Shown here one piece after another: positions 28,473 to 37,518 of a stretch of DNA of 64,000 nt. Origin of the DNA: Lysobacterales bacterium (GTDB lineage Bacteria; Pseudomonadota; Gammaproteobacteria; Xanthomonadales; Xanthomonadaceae); NCBI GenBank assembly GCA_019510195.1, contig JAEKKW010000056.1, forward strand, positions 35,309 to 99,308. The letters run 5' to 3'. The notes under the pieces are model-generated. The model was given only the letters and a program-made list of their open reading frames with translations. It was not told where the DNA came from and ran no database searches. A program made the translations under genes and the position numbers. How positions within the stretch are numbered: position 1 is the stretch's first letter; each line of letters starts with the position of its first letter.

Positions 28473-29666
28473 GTGACCCGAATCCCCGATACCTTGCCCG
28501 CCCCCGATGCCGATGCCCAGGCGCATAGCGCCGAACTGGCGGCTGCGATCCGCCAGGAGATCCGCGGGGCTGGCGGCAGCATTCCGTTTTCGCGTTTCAT
28601 GGAGCTGTGCCTGTACGCGCCGGGGCTCGGTTACTACAGCGCGGGCGCGACCAAATTCGGTGGCGCCGGCGATTTCGTGACTGCGCCGGAACTCGGGCAT
28701 CTGTTCGCCGAATGCGTCGGCGAAGCGATCCTGCCGGTCCTCGGGGCACTCGAAGAAAGCAGCATCCTCGAAATCGGCGGTGGCACCGGCGCCTTCGCGG
28801 GCGATCTGCTGCGCCACCTGCAGGCATCGAATCGCCTGCCGGCACGCTATTGCCTGCTCGAGCCGAGCGCACAACTGCGCCAGCGCCAACGCGAGCATCT
28901 GCAGGCGGTACTGCCGCCCGAAATCTTCGCGCGCGTGGAATGGCTTGATCGCCCGTTCGAACAGCCCTGGAACGGCGTCGTCTTCGCCAACGAAGTGCTG
29001 GACGCATTGCCGACCACGCGCTTCGCGATCGCCGAAGAGGAAGTCTGGGAGGACCACGTCGCGCTCGACAAGAAAGATGCCTTCGTGGTGATCGGCCGTC
29101 CCGCCGATGCGCTGGTGACCGCCAGCGTGCGCCATGTCGAGCGCGCGCTCGATCATCCCTTCGCCGAGGACTATCGTTCGGAACTGCTGCCGCAACTGCC
29201 GTACTGGGTGCAGGCGGTGATCGGACCGATGCAACGCGGTGTGCTGCTGTTCGTCGACTACGGCTATGGGCGCGGCGAGTATTACCAACCCCAGCGCGGC
29301 GACGGCACGCTGCGCGCGTTCCGCCGGCACCATGTCGTCGATGACGTGCTGGCATGGCCTGGCCTGCAGGACATCACCGCGTCGATCGATTTCACCGCGC
29401 TGGCGGAGGCGGGCACCGGCGCCGGATTCGATCTCGCCGGCTACTGCAGCCAGGCCAGTTTCCTGATCGGCAACGGGCTCGATCGCAGGCTTGTCGCGGC
29501 GGAAGCGCAAGCTGCCGATGAAGTGGCGCGCTTGCGCCTGCGCCAGCAGGTGAAACGATTGACGATGCCGGAGGAGATGGGCGAGCGCTTCCAGGTGATG
29601 GGGTTCGCGCGCGACGTCGAGTTCGGGCATGCGTTCCTGATCGGCGATCTCGCTTATCGGTTGTGA
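28473..29666 (+). CDS. Class I SAM-dependent methyltransferase, DUF185/NDUFAF7 (MidA)-like
   Basis: Track ORF 28332..29666. The proposed GTG start at 28473 avoids overlap with the divergent reductase gene (ATG 28392 is also possible). FMELCLYAPGLGYYS, GDFVTAPE, ILEIGGGTGAFA, VVFANEVLDALP. Confidence 0.8.
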   Translation: MTRIPDTLPAPDADAQAHSAELAAAIRQEIRGAGGSIPFSRFMELCLYAPGLGYYSAGATKFGGAGDFVTAPELGHLFAECVGEAILPVLGALEESSILEIGGGTGAFAGDLLRHLQASNRLPARYCLLEPSAQLRQRQREHLQAVLPPEIFARVEWLDRPFEQPWNGVVFANEVLDALPTTRFAIAEEEVWEDHVALDKKDAFVVIGRPADALVTASVRHVERALDHPFAEDYRSELLPQLPYWVQAVIGPMQRGVLLFVDYGYGRGEYYQPQRGDGTLRAFRRHHVVDDVLAWPGLQDITASIDFTALAEAGTGAGFDLAGYCSQASFLIGNGLDRRLVAAEAQAADEVARLRLRQQVKRLTMPEEMGERFQVMGFARDVEFGHAFLIGDLAYRL

Positions 29667-29667
29667 T

Positions 29668-30885
29668 TCATCGCCGGGCCCGGGCGATCGCGGCAATGCG
29701 CGCCTTGCGGATCGCCTCGCCCAGCGCCGGGCCGGGCGCGATGTCCGTGAACGCCTCGGCATTGATCGCCCGCGTGGCAGCGAACAATCGCTGCAGCTCC
29801 GCGGCTTGCGGATAAGGTTGGTCCTCGAGTCCGGCACACCCGCGCTTGTCGGCTTCACAGACCAATGCCAGTTGTTGCACGCGCGCGGGCTTGCGGAAGG
29901 CGTCCATTCGTTCGAACAGCTTCAACACGGTCTCGTCGCGCAACTCGTCAAGGCGATGGATGTTGAGATGCTCGCGGCAGGCGATCTCGGCGAGCTGGCG
30001 ATGCTCGTTCGGCACCTTCAGGCGCGCGGCCAGCGCCTGCAGCGGTTTCACCCCGCGCTGCTCGTGCATCACATGCTTCGGGAGTTCACCGGCCGGTGTC
30101 AGCGCCTTGCCGAGGTCATGCACGAGCGCGGCGAATCCGATCAGGTCGTCGCCGGGCGCGAGTTTGGCGACCACGTCGCAGACCAGTTCGATGTGGCGAC
30201 CGGTATCGATTTCGGGATGGTATTCCGCGCGTTGCGGCACGCCGTAGAGCGCATCGATTTCCGGCAGCACGACGGTCAATGCGCCGCAATCGCGCAAGCT
30301 CCGCAGGAAGGCGGAAGGCTGCGCACTGCGCAGCGCGCGCGACAGTTCCTGCCAGACCCGTTCCGGCACCAGGGTTTCGAGTTCACCCGAGGCGACCATG
30401 TCGCGCATCAACGCCAGCGTTTCCGGCGCGATCTTGAAGCCCAGTGGTGCGAACCGCGCCATGAAACGCGCAGCGCGCAATACCCGCAACGGATCCTCGG
30501 CGAATGCCGCGCTGACGTGGCGCAGGACGCGATCGCGCAGATCGCGTTCACCGCCAAAGGGATCGACCCGCGCGCCATCGTCCGCCTGTGCGATCGCGTT
30601 GATGGTGAAGTCGCGGCGGCGCAGGTCGTCCTCGAGCGTGACATCGGGCGAGGCATGGACAACGAATCCGGTGTAACCGCGCCCCGATTTGCGTTCGGTG
30701 CGCGCCAGTGCGTGTTCCTCGCCGGTTCGCGGATGCAGGAACACCGGGAAATCGCGGCCCACCTGGCGATAGCCGAGCGCCAGCATCTGTTCCGGCGTCG
30801 CGCCGACGATCACGAAGTCGCGATCGCCGGGCGGCAAACCCAGCAATGCATCGCGTACCGCGCCGCCAACCAGATAGGCCTGCAT
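29668..30885 (-). CDS. cca: Multifunctional CCA-adding tRNA nucleotidyltransferase (with HD domain)
   Basis: [37 protein letters not shown], and HD motif ALVHDLGK. Confidence 0.95.
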   Translation of the reverse strand: MQAYLVGGAVRDALLGLPPGDRDFVIVGATPEQMLALGYRQVGRDFPVFLHPRTGEEHALARTERKSGRGYTGFVVHASPDVTLEDDLRRRDFTINAIAQADDGARVDPFGGERDLRDRVLRHVSAAFAEDPLRVLRAARFMARFAPLGFKIAPETLALMRDMVASGELETLVPERVWQELSRALRSAQPSAFLRSLRDCGALTVVLPEIDALYGVPQRAEYHPEIDTGRHIELVCDVVAKLAPGDDLIGFAALVHDLGKALTPAGELPKHVMHEQRGVKPLQALAARLKVPNEHRQLAEIACREHLNIHRLDELRDETVLKLFERMDAFRKPARVQQLALVCEADKRGCAGLEDQPYPQAAELQRLFAATRAINAEAFTDIAPGPALGEAIRKARIAAIARARR

Positions 30886-30890
30886 CGCGA

Positions 30891-32846
30891 TCAGTGTCCG
30901 GTTTCGCAGGTCGGCGCGACGCGTTCGCCATCAAGGCGGCCGGCGATGCGATCGGAAAGGCGCAGCATCCTGCCGTGCATGCGCCAGTCGTACATCACGC
31001 TGAAGCCGAGGACGCGCGGGACGTATTCGCGAGTTTCCTTGTACGGGATCGCCTCGATCCAGGCGTCGGTGTCGAGCGTCGGGCGCTGCGATTTCCAGCG
31101 CGCCGCGGCATTCGGACCGGCGTTGTATCCGGCGATCACCACCGGCAACGATCCGCCGGACCTGTCCAGCAGGTCGCGCAGGTAGGCGCTGCCGATGGCG
31201 ATGTTGCTGGTGGCGTCGTACAGGCTGTTGCCGTCGGCATAGGGAATTCCGCTGCGGCGAGCGATGCGCTGCCCGGTTTCCGGAATCAGTTGCATCAGGC
31301 CGCGGGCATCGGCATTGGAACGCGCGCGCGGATCGAACAGGCTTTCGGCGCGGATTTCGGCCGCGACCCACGCCGGATCGAGGCGATTGGCGGTGGCAGC
31401 GCGTTCGATGGCGTCTTCGTAGTGCAGCGGGAAACGCAGGTCGAGCAGGCGCATTTCCTGCGGCTGGTCGCGGTCCATGCCGAAAGCGGCGCGATCGAAC
31501 CACTGTTGCGACAAGGCATCGCGCACGGCCGCCAGGCGTTGCGCAGACGTCGACGTTTTCGCCGCGGCGGTCCACTCGCGTGTCGCCCAATCATTGCGAC
31601 CGATGCGGTGCAGGGCGAGCGCGCGCTGGAATCCGGGGGATTGCAGCGGTGTCTGCGGCGTCGGCAACGGACACAGGCGATAGGGCTGATGCAGGCGATC
31701 GGCGGCCATGAAGCCATGGAACTCGCTGTTGCGCGCGGCATCGACATACGCGGCATGCGCCTGATCGAGCTGTCCGCCCTGTTCAAGTGCGCGCGCGCGG
31801 AAATAGATCCAGCGGGTGTCGCTGGCGAGTTTTTCCGGCATGGCGCGGATCGCCATCAGCGTCGCTGGCCAGTCGTCGCGCCACAGGGCATCGCGGGCGC
31901 GCAATTCGTGCAGGGCATCGTCGAACGCGGCAGCCGGCACCGCGGCGAAGCGCTGCGGCGTGCGCGGATCGTGGTCGATCGCCGAGGCGCGTGCAATCGC
32001 CGCCAGCACTCGGCCGCGCTGGACATCGCCCAGGGTGAAAACGCTGTTCCACTTCGGCAACGCGGTTTCGACGTTGTCGGCATGGTTCCGGGCGTCCTGC
32101 TCCAGCCCGGCGGTGATCACCGCGCGGCTGCGCGCGGTCTTCGGCCATGCCATCGCCGAGTCGCGCGGCGCGCCGAGGAAATCGGCATATTCGCCGGCGA
32201 GTTTCGCCTGGTCGGGCGGCAGGCCCTTGCCGGCTTCGCGCATCACCGAAGGCAGGCGTTGCTCCAGCGCGGCGTCGAAGCGATCCCAGCGCAACGCATC
32301 ATCGACGCCGCCACGCTGTTCGAGCATCGTCATCGGTTCGCGGCAGGCGCTTGCCCATGGCCGGCCCGATCGCCACACCTTGCGCGCATCCTGCGTCCAC
32401 TCGGCGGCGAAACGCCCGAGCTTGGCTTCGGCCAGCAGATCGAGGCAACGATTGGCCTGCGAATCGTTGCCGTCGACGTCGAGCGCCGATAGCGTGTTCC
32501 AGTCCTGCCGGCGCGCCAGTTCCGCCCGCCACAGGTCGGCCAACGCGATCCCCGCGGGTTGTCCGGCATCGCGACGCAACGCCGCGGCGACGTCGTCATT
32601 GCTTGCCGTCGCCAGCATCTGGCGGATGCGCGCGTAATCAAGCCACGCGTGCAGGGGATGATTGGCCAGCGCGCTGGCTTGTGCCGGCGTCAGTCGGCCT
32701 TGATCGGCGGCGGCCAGCGCGGATTGCATCGCTGCATCGGTGGGCGCCAATGGCGGTGGCGTCTGCGCTTCCGCGGCGCCGTGCGGCGTGCAGGCAGCGA
32801 GCAGGCACAGCATCGGCAACAGGATGGCGCGCGGCGGACGATTCAT
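30891..32846 (-). CDS. slt: Soluble lytic murein transglycosylase (Slt70-like)
   Basis: Signal peptide, a superhelical N-terminal domain, and a C-terminal SLT domain with [30 protein letters not shown] and AGYNAGP. Confidence 0.9.
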   Translation of the reverse strand: MNRPPRAILLPMLCLLAACTPHGAAEAQTPPPLAPTDAAMQSALAAADQGRLTPAQASALANHPLHAWLDYARIRQMLATASNDDVAAALRRDAGQPAGIALADLWRAELARRQDWNTLSALDVDGNDSQANRCLDLLAEAKLGRFAAEWTQDARKVWRSGRPWASACREPMTMLEQRGGVDDALRWDRFDAALEQRLPSVMREAGKGLPPDQAKLAGEYADFLGAPRDSAMAWPKTARSRAVITAGLEQDARNHADNVETALPKWNSVFTLGDVQRGRVLAAIARASAIDHDPRTPQRFAAVPAAAFDDALHELRARDALWRDDWPATLMAIRAMPEKLASDTRWIYFRARALEQGGQLDQAHAAYVDAARNSEFHGFMAADRLHQPYRLCPLPTPQTPLQSPGFQRALALHRIGRNDWATREWTAAAKTSTSAQRLAAVRDALSQQWFDRAAFGMDRDQPQEMRLLDLRFPLHYEDAIERAATANRLDPAWVAAEIRAESLFDPRARSNADARGLMQLIPETGQRIARRSGIPYADGNSLYDATSNIAIGSAYLRDLLDRSGGSLPVVIAGYNAGPNAAARWKSQRPTLDTDAWIEAIPYKETREYVPRVLGFSVMYDWRMHGRMLRLSDRIAGRLDGERVAPTCETGH

Positions 32847-32891
32847 GCCTCGACTATAGCCGTGCCGCTTGAACGGACGGTGGACGCGCGT

Positions 32892-33662
32892 TCAGCGCGC
32901 CAATGCGTGCGCGGGGATTTCGAGATCGGCCGACAGCGCCAGATGGTCGGAGGCCGCGGCCGGCAATACCCGCAGGCCCGCCAGGGTGATGCCATCGGTG
33001 GTCAGCATGTGGTCGATCGCGCGTTGCGGCCGCCAGCTCGGGAAGGTCGCGACATGTTGCTGCGGCGGTTGCAGGCGGGTGGTGCGGAACAGTCGCGCCA
33101 TTTCAGGCTCTTCGGCCCCGCAGTTGAAATCACCCATCAGCACCGCGTTGGATGCGTCGGCGAGCAATTCGGCGATGAAGCCCAGTTGCACGTGCCGCGA
33201 CATCGCGCCCAGCGACAGATGTGCGATGGCGACGCGCAGGCCGTCGCTGCCGGTGCCGAAACGCGCGAGCAGCACGCCGCGGCCCTTGACCCGCCCCGGG
33301 AGCGGATGATGTTCGACCTCCACCGGTTCGAGCTTGCTCAGCAAGCCGTTGGCGCTGGAGGCGACACCGCCGACGCTGCGATTGGGCTGGTGCGTCCAGT
33401 AGGCGAAACCGCCGCGCGTCGCGAGGTAATGCGTCTGGTTGGTGAAGCCGGAACGGAAGCTGCCGGGATCGGCTTCCTGCAAGCCGACGATGTCGTGCTG
33501 GCCGGCGATCCGCGCGATGGCATCGAGCGCGCCGCGCTTGCCACCGAGCGGCAGCACGTGCGACCAGCTGCGGGTGGCGTAATCGCTGTAGCGCCGCGTG
33601 CTGGAACCTGCCTGGATGTTGGCACTCAGCAGTCGCAGAAGACGCGTCGACGGATCCGGCAT
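32892..33662 (-). CDS. Endonuclease/exonuclease/phosphatase (EEP) family protein
   Basis: Track ORF 32892..33680, with the probable start at ATG 33662 (MPDPSTRLLRLLSANIQAG). GLQEAD, LMGDFN, SDHLAL. The start lies 1 nt after the dsbA paralogue stop. Confidence 0.8.
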   Translation of the reverse strand: MPDPSTRLLRLLSANIQAGSSTRRYSDYATRSWSHVLPLGGKRGALDAIARIAGQHDIVGLQEADPGSFRSGFTNQTHYLATRGGFAYWTHQPNRSVGGVASSANGLLSKLEPVEVEHHPLPGRVKGRGVLLARFGTGSDGLRVAIAHLSLGAMSRHVQLGFIAELLADASNAVLMGDFNCGAEEPEMARLFRTTRLQPPQQHVATFPSWRPQRAIDHMLTTDGITLAGLRVLPAAASDHLALSADLEIPAHALAR

Positions 33663-33663
33663 C

Positions 33664-34443
33664 TTATTTTCCGGTGCCACTCTCCCGCGCGATCAGCGCG
33701 CTGGCGATGCGCAGGTCGTCGAGCTGGGAGGGACCCTTGATGCGGTACTTGCCGTTGACGATCAGCGTCGGTGTGGAGTCGACGCCACTGCGCACTTCGA
33801 AGTCGTGCGCCTGCTGCATCTGCTGCTGCACTTCCGGGCTGGCCATCGTCGCGCGGAACGCCTTGGCATCGAAGCCCTGTCCGCCCAGCCACGCCGCGAT
33901 GTCGTTGCCGCTGGCGCCCGCCGGCAACGACTTGTCGCCATGGATGCCATGGAACATGCGGGTGTGGATCGCGGCCAGCTGGCCGGTCTTCAGCGCGGCG
34001 AAGTAGGTGCGGCCGAGATCGCTGGCGGCACCACCGGCCAACGGCAACGGGGTGACGCGCACGTTCGCCGGCTGCTGCTTGGTCCACGCTTCCATCAACG
34101 GTTCGAAGTCGGCGCAGTGCGGGCAGCTGTAGGCGAACACCTCAATCACTTCGACCTTGCCGCCGAGCGGCTGGAACGGCTGGCCATTGGCGATTTCGTC
34201 ATAGTCGGTGCCGCCGACCGCGGGTTTCGCTTTCGCTTCCGCGATCGCCTGGGTGGCCGCGGTGGTCGCCATCTGCACCAGCTTGGGATCGAACGGCAGC
34301 GGTTGCGTCGGTGTCGCCACCGGCTTTGCGGCGGGGGATGCCGTCGCGCCCGGCGATTTCTGCTGGCAGCCGGCGATCGCCAGCAATGCAACGGCAATCA
34401 GCGCAGGACGCTGCAACTGCCTGGTCAAGGCGATCGTGCTCAA
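33664..34443 (-). CDS. dsbA: DsbA-family thiol:disulfide oxidoreductase, lipoprotein form (paralogue 1)
   Basis: TTG start overlapping the upstream stop (TTGA). Lipobox LLAIAGC, an Ala/Pro-rich linker, FAYSCPHCADFEP, and the cis-Pro loop STPTLIVNGKYRI. Confidence 0.85.
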   Translation of the reverse strand: MSTIALTRQLQRPALIAVALLAIAGCQQKSPGATASPAAKPVATPTQPLPFDPKLVQMATTAATQAIAEAKAKPAVGGTDYDEIANGQPFQPLGGKVEVIEVFAYSCPHCADFEPLMEAWTKQQPANVRVTPLPLAGGAASDLGRTYFAALKTGQLAAIHTRMFHGIHGDKSLPAGASGNDIAAWLGGQGFDAKAFRATMASPEVQQQMQQAHDFEVRSGVDSTPTLIVNGKYRIKGPSQLDDLRIASALIARESGTGK

Positions 34444-35240
34444 TGGCCACCTCGCGCGGCGCGTTCGCGGGCGATCAGCTTGTCGGCGATCTTCAGCTGG
34501 TCGGCGCGGGTCGTGGTGTTCGGGTCACCGGTGATGCGGTACTTGCCGTCGATTATCAGCGTCGGCGTGCCGCCGACGCCTTCGGCCTGCGCGTACTGCT
34601 TGGCCTTGGCGAGCTTGCTTTCCACCGCGAAGCTCGAGGCCGCCGACTTGAACTGCGCGACATCGACGCCCTGGCGGCCATAGAACGCGGCGATCGCGTC
34701 CATGCCGTCGTTGCCGCGTTCGCCCTTGAGCGCCTGCTTGATGTGGATTTCGTCATACAGGGCCTGATGGGTGCGCTCGGCGACGCCCAGTGCCTCTGTG
34801 GCGTAATAGGCGCGCGCGTAGTCATCCCACATGCGGCCGAACAACGCCGGCACGTGCACCACGCGCACATCGGATGGCAGCGACTTCGCCCATGGTGCGA
34901 ACTGCGGCTCGAACGCGGCACAGGCCGGGCAGACGTAATTGAAGACTTCTTCCACTTCGATCTTGCCGTCGCCGGAATCGAACGGCTGGCCGTTGGCGAC
35001 CACCTCGTAGTCCTTGCCTTCGACGGGCGCGGGCCCGGTGGCCTCATGCGACACCGGCGGAGCCGGCGGCTGGTTCGACGTGGCGCCGGCAGGCGCACTG
35101 CCGTTGTTCGCGGTGGCCTCGGTGGCAGGCGCGGACGTTGCCGGTGCATTCGCGGCGGGAGCGGCGGCATCGGCGCCGGGCTTGCAGGCGGACAACGCGG
35201 CGACGATCGCCAGCGCGGCGAGGGAACGGATGGTGCGCAT
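34440..35240 (-). CDS. dsbA: DsbA-family thiol:disulfide oxidoreductase, lipoprotein form (paralogue 2)
   Basis: Inner part of track ORF 34440..35699, from ATG 35240 (MRTIRSLAALAIVAALSAC lipobox). Long Ala/Pro/Thr linker, FNYVCPACAAFEP, GTPTLIIDGKYRI. Confidence 0.85.
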   Translation of the reverse strand: MRTIRSLAALAIVAALSACKPGADAAAPAANAPATSAPATEATANNGSAPAGATSNQPPAPPVSHEATGPAPVEGKDYEVVANGQPFDSGDGKIEVEEVFNYVCPACAAFEPQFAPWAKSLPSDVRVVHVPALFGRMWDDYARAYYATEALGVAERTHQALYDEIHIKQALKGERGNDGMDAIAAFYGRQGVDVAQFKSAASSFAVESKLAKAKQYAQAEGVGGTPTLIIDGKYRITGDPNTTTRADQLKIADKLIARERAARGGH

Positions 35241-35881
35241 CAGAGTTTGCCTCCGTGGATCTGGGCGGTGAGACGGTCGAGGATATCGAGTTGGTCCTCG
35301 TAACTGCGTCCGAGGATCTTGTACTTGCCGTTGACGATCAGCGTCGGCGTGGAATCGGCCTGCGCGGCGACCACGAAAGCACGAACGTGCTGGAGGTCGG
35401 CGGCGACCTGCGGCGATGCCATCAGCGCCAGCAACTTCTCCGGCGTGCTGCCGAACGGCGCCATGAAGGCGGCGTATTCGCCGGCGCTGGGGCGTGCCGG
35501 CATGGTCTGGTCCTGGTGGATGGCGCGGAACATCGCCGGATGCACGCGCGGCAACAGTCCGGCGCGCTGGGCGGCAAAGGCGGCGGCGGCACCCGGCGAA
35601 TCGGGATCGGAGGGCAGGTAGACCACGCGCACCCAGGCCGGCTGGCGCGAGGCCCAGGCCGCGATCATCGGCGCGAAGTGGGCGCAGTGCGGGCACCACC
35701 AGGCATAGACCTCGACGACTTCGACCTCGCCCTGTTTCGGAATTTGCCAGGGATGCGCACCGGTCACGATGTCGTAATCGGTGCCCTGCACCAGTGCCGC
35801 GGACGATGTGGCGGCAGCTGCCGGCAGGGCGATGCCGATGGCGATCAGCCCGGCGATCAATAACGACGACAACGTGCGCAT
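35240..35881 (-). CDS. dsbA: DsbA-family thiol:disulfide oxidoreductase, soluble periplasmic form (paralogue 3)
   Basis: Start at ATG 35881 (MRTLSSLLIAGLIAIGIALPAAA signal peptide; GAGG 6 nt upstream). YAWWCPHCAHFAP, STPTLIVNGKYKI. The stop overlaps the next start by 1 nt. Confidence 0.85.
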   Translation of the reverse strand: MRTLSSLLIAGLIAIGIALPAAAATSSAALVQGTDYDIVTGAHPWQIPKQGEVEVVEVYAWWCPHCAHFAPMIAAWASRQPAWVRVVYLPSDPDSPGAAAAFAAQRAGLLPRVHPAMFRAIHQDQTMPARPSAGEYAAFMAPFGSTPEKLLALMASPQVAADLQHVRAFVVAAQADSTPTLIVNGKYKILGRSYEDQLDILDRLTAQIHGGKL

Positions 35882-35894
35882 GGCAACCTCTGGC

Positions 35895-35924
35895 AAAAAA
35901 AAGCCGGCCCGATCATGGGCCGGC
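35895..35924 (-). terminator. Rho-independent terminator after the cytochrome c4 gene, immediately upstream of the dsbA array
   Basis: The minus strand reads GCCGGCCC-ATGATC-GGGCCGGC followed by TTTTTTTT. A perfect 8-bp GC stem with an 8-U run that ends 13 nt before the dsbA paralogue-3 ATG. Confidence 0.8.
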
Positions 35925-35975
35925 GCGATGATCCGGAGCGTGAACGTTGAGACTGCCCACGCGAGGGAAAGTTCC

Positions 35976-36788
35976 TCAGTTCTTCGACGGCTGCGGTGCG
36001 GCGGCAGCCGCGGCCTTGGCGGCAGCCACGTCGGCGGGGCTGGCCTGGTCGGCGCGGTTGTGCAGGCCCTGCAGGTAGGTGGCGAGGCCCTTGATCTCCT
36101 CGTCGGAGAGGTTCCGGGTCTCCAGCGCCATCAGGCCGAACAGCTTGTCATCCTTCAAGGTGCCGTGGCCACCGCGGTATTCGTTCAGGCGCATTTCGAC
36201 GTACCACGACTGCTGGCCGCCGACATGCGGGAAGGCCGGGCCGGGATTGCCGGCGCCGTCTGGACCGTGGCAGGCGGTGCAGGCGACGATGCCGCGGCTG
36301 CCGTCGCCCTGGCGATAGAGCTTCTCGCCGACCTGGTAGAGCTTCTTGCCTTCGTACGGGCCGGAAGCGATGGCGCTGTCGTCGGCGATGCCGGCACCGG
36401 AGTGCTGGGTCTGGAAGTAGGCGCCGAGATCGCGCATGTCCTGCGGCGACAGCGCCTGGGCGTAGGGAATCATCAGCGCGGCGTTGCCGTCGGCGCGCAG
36501 GCCGGCCTTGAACAGCGCCAGCTGCTTGGCGACGAACAGTTCGCTCTGGCCGGCAATGCGCGGATACAGCGCGGGATTGGCGGTGGCGTTGCCGTCCAGG
36601 CCGTGGCAGGCGGCGCAGGCGCCGGCCTTGGCGGCACCGGCCTTGGCATCGCCCCAATGGGTCTTGGCCAGATCGGCGTAGGCGTTGGGATCCTGCGCGG
36701 CCTTGGGAGGCGCGGACTGGGCGTAGGCGACAGCAGCGATGGCGAGACCAGCCAGGCCGACGAGGCCGAGGGCACGAACGTGACGCAT
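35976..36788 (-). CDS. Dihaem cytochrome c4
   Basis: Track ORF 35976..36878, with the start at ATG 36788 (MRHVRALGLVGLAGLAIAAVAYA signal). Two CxxCH motifs (CAACHG, CTACHG), each followed by a distal Met region. Confidence 0.9.
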   Translation of the reverse strand: MRHVRALGLVGLAGLAIAAVAYAQSAPPKAAQDPNAYADLAKTHWGDAKAGAAKAGACAACHGLDGNATANPALYPRIAGQSELFVAKQLALFKAGLRADGNAALMIPYAQALSPQDMRDLGAYFQTQHSGAGIADDSAIASGPYEGKKLYQVGEKLYRQGDGSRGIVACTACHGPDGAGNPGPAFPHVGGQQSWYVEMRLNEYRGGHGTLKDDKLFGLMALETRNLSDEEIKGLATYLQGLHNRADQASPADVAAAKAAAAAAPQPSKN

Positions 36789-36897
36789 GTGAACTCCCGA
36801 TGAGACCCAGGGCCGGCATCGGCCGGCCGCAATCTTGTGATTATCCGTGCGCACCCCGGGACGGTCAACGCGAGCCAATGCCCACTATCCTGTCGAC

Positions 36898-37515
36898 ATG
36901 AGCCTTCCATTCCAGCGCGCCCGCTATCTCCTGTCCGCCCATACCGCCCGCCAGTTGCCCGCCGAGACCGACGGTGGCCGCGAGGTCGCGTTCGCCGGGC
37001 GCTCCAACGCCGGCAAGTCGAGCGCGCTCAATGCCATCTGCCAGCAGAACGCGCTGGCCCGCGTCTCGAAGACGCCGGGACGCACCCAGCAGCTGGTGTA
37101 TTTCGACATGCCACCGCTCGTCGACATCTATCTCGTCGACTTGCCCGGCTACGGCTATGCCAAGGTGCCGAAGGAAATGCAGGAGCACTGGCAGGCCTTC
37201 ATCGCCAGTTATTTCGAAACGCGCCGCGCATTGGCGGGGCTGGTGGTGGTGATGGATATCCGCCATCCGTTGAAGGAGTACGACCTGCAGATGCTCGGGT
37301 ATGCGGTGCGGCGCGGGTTGCCGGCGCATGCCTTGCTGACCAAGGCCGACAAGCTGTCGCGCGGTGCCGCCGGCAACACGCTGCAGGCGGTGCGCAAGGA
37401 GTTGTCCTCGGCATTCGGCGACAGCGTGACGGCGCAGGTGTTCTCCGGCGAATCGAAGCAGGGCGTCGACGAGGCACGCGCGGTGCTGGCGCGCTGGCTG
37501 GAAGTCGCGCAGTAA
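36898..37515 (+). CDS. engB: Ribosome biogenesis GTP-binding protein YihA/EngB
   Basis: Track ORF 36847..37515, with the start at ATG 36898. GRSNAGKSS (G1), DLPGYGY (G3), TKADK (G4). Divergent from cytochrome c4, as in many gammaproteobacteria. Confidence 0.93.
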   Translation: MSLPFQRARYLLSAHTARQLPAETDGGREVAFAGRSNAGKSSALNAICQQNALARVSKTPGRTQQLVYFDMPPLVDIYLVDLPGYGYAKVPKEMQEHWQAFIASYFETRRALAGLVVVMDIRHPLKEYDLQMLGYAVRRGLPAHALLTKADKLSRGAAGNTLQAVRKELSSAFGDSVTAQVFSGESKQGVDEARAVLARWLEVAQ

Positions 37516-37518
37516 CGA

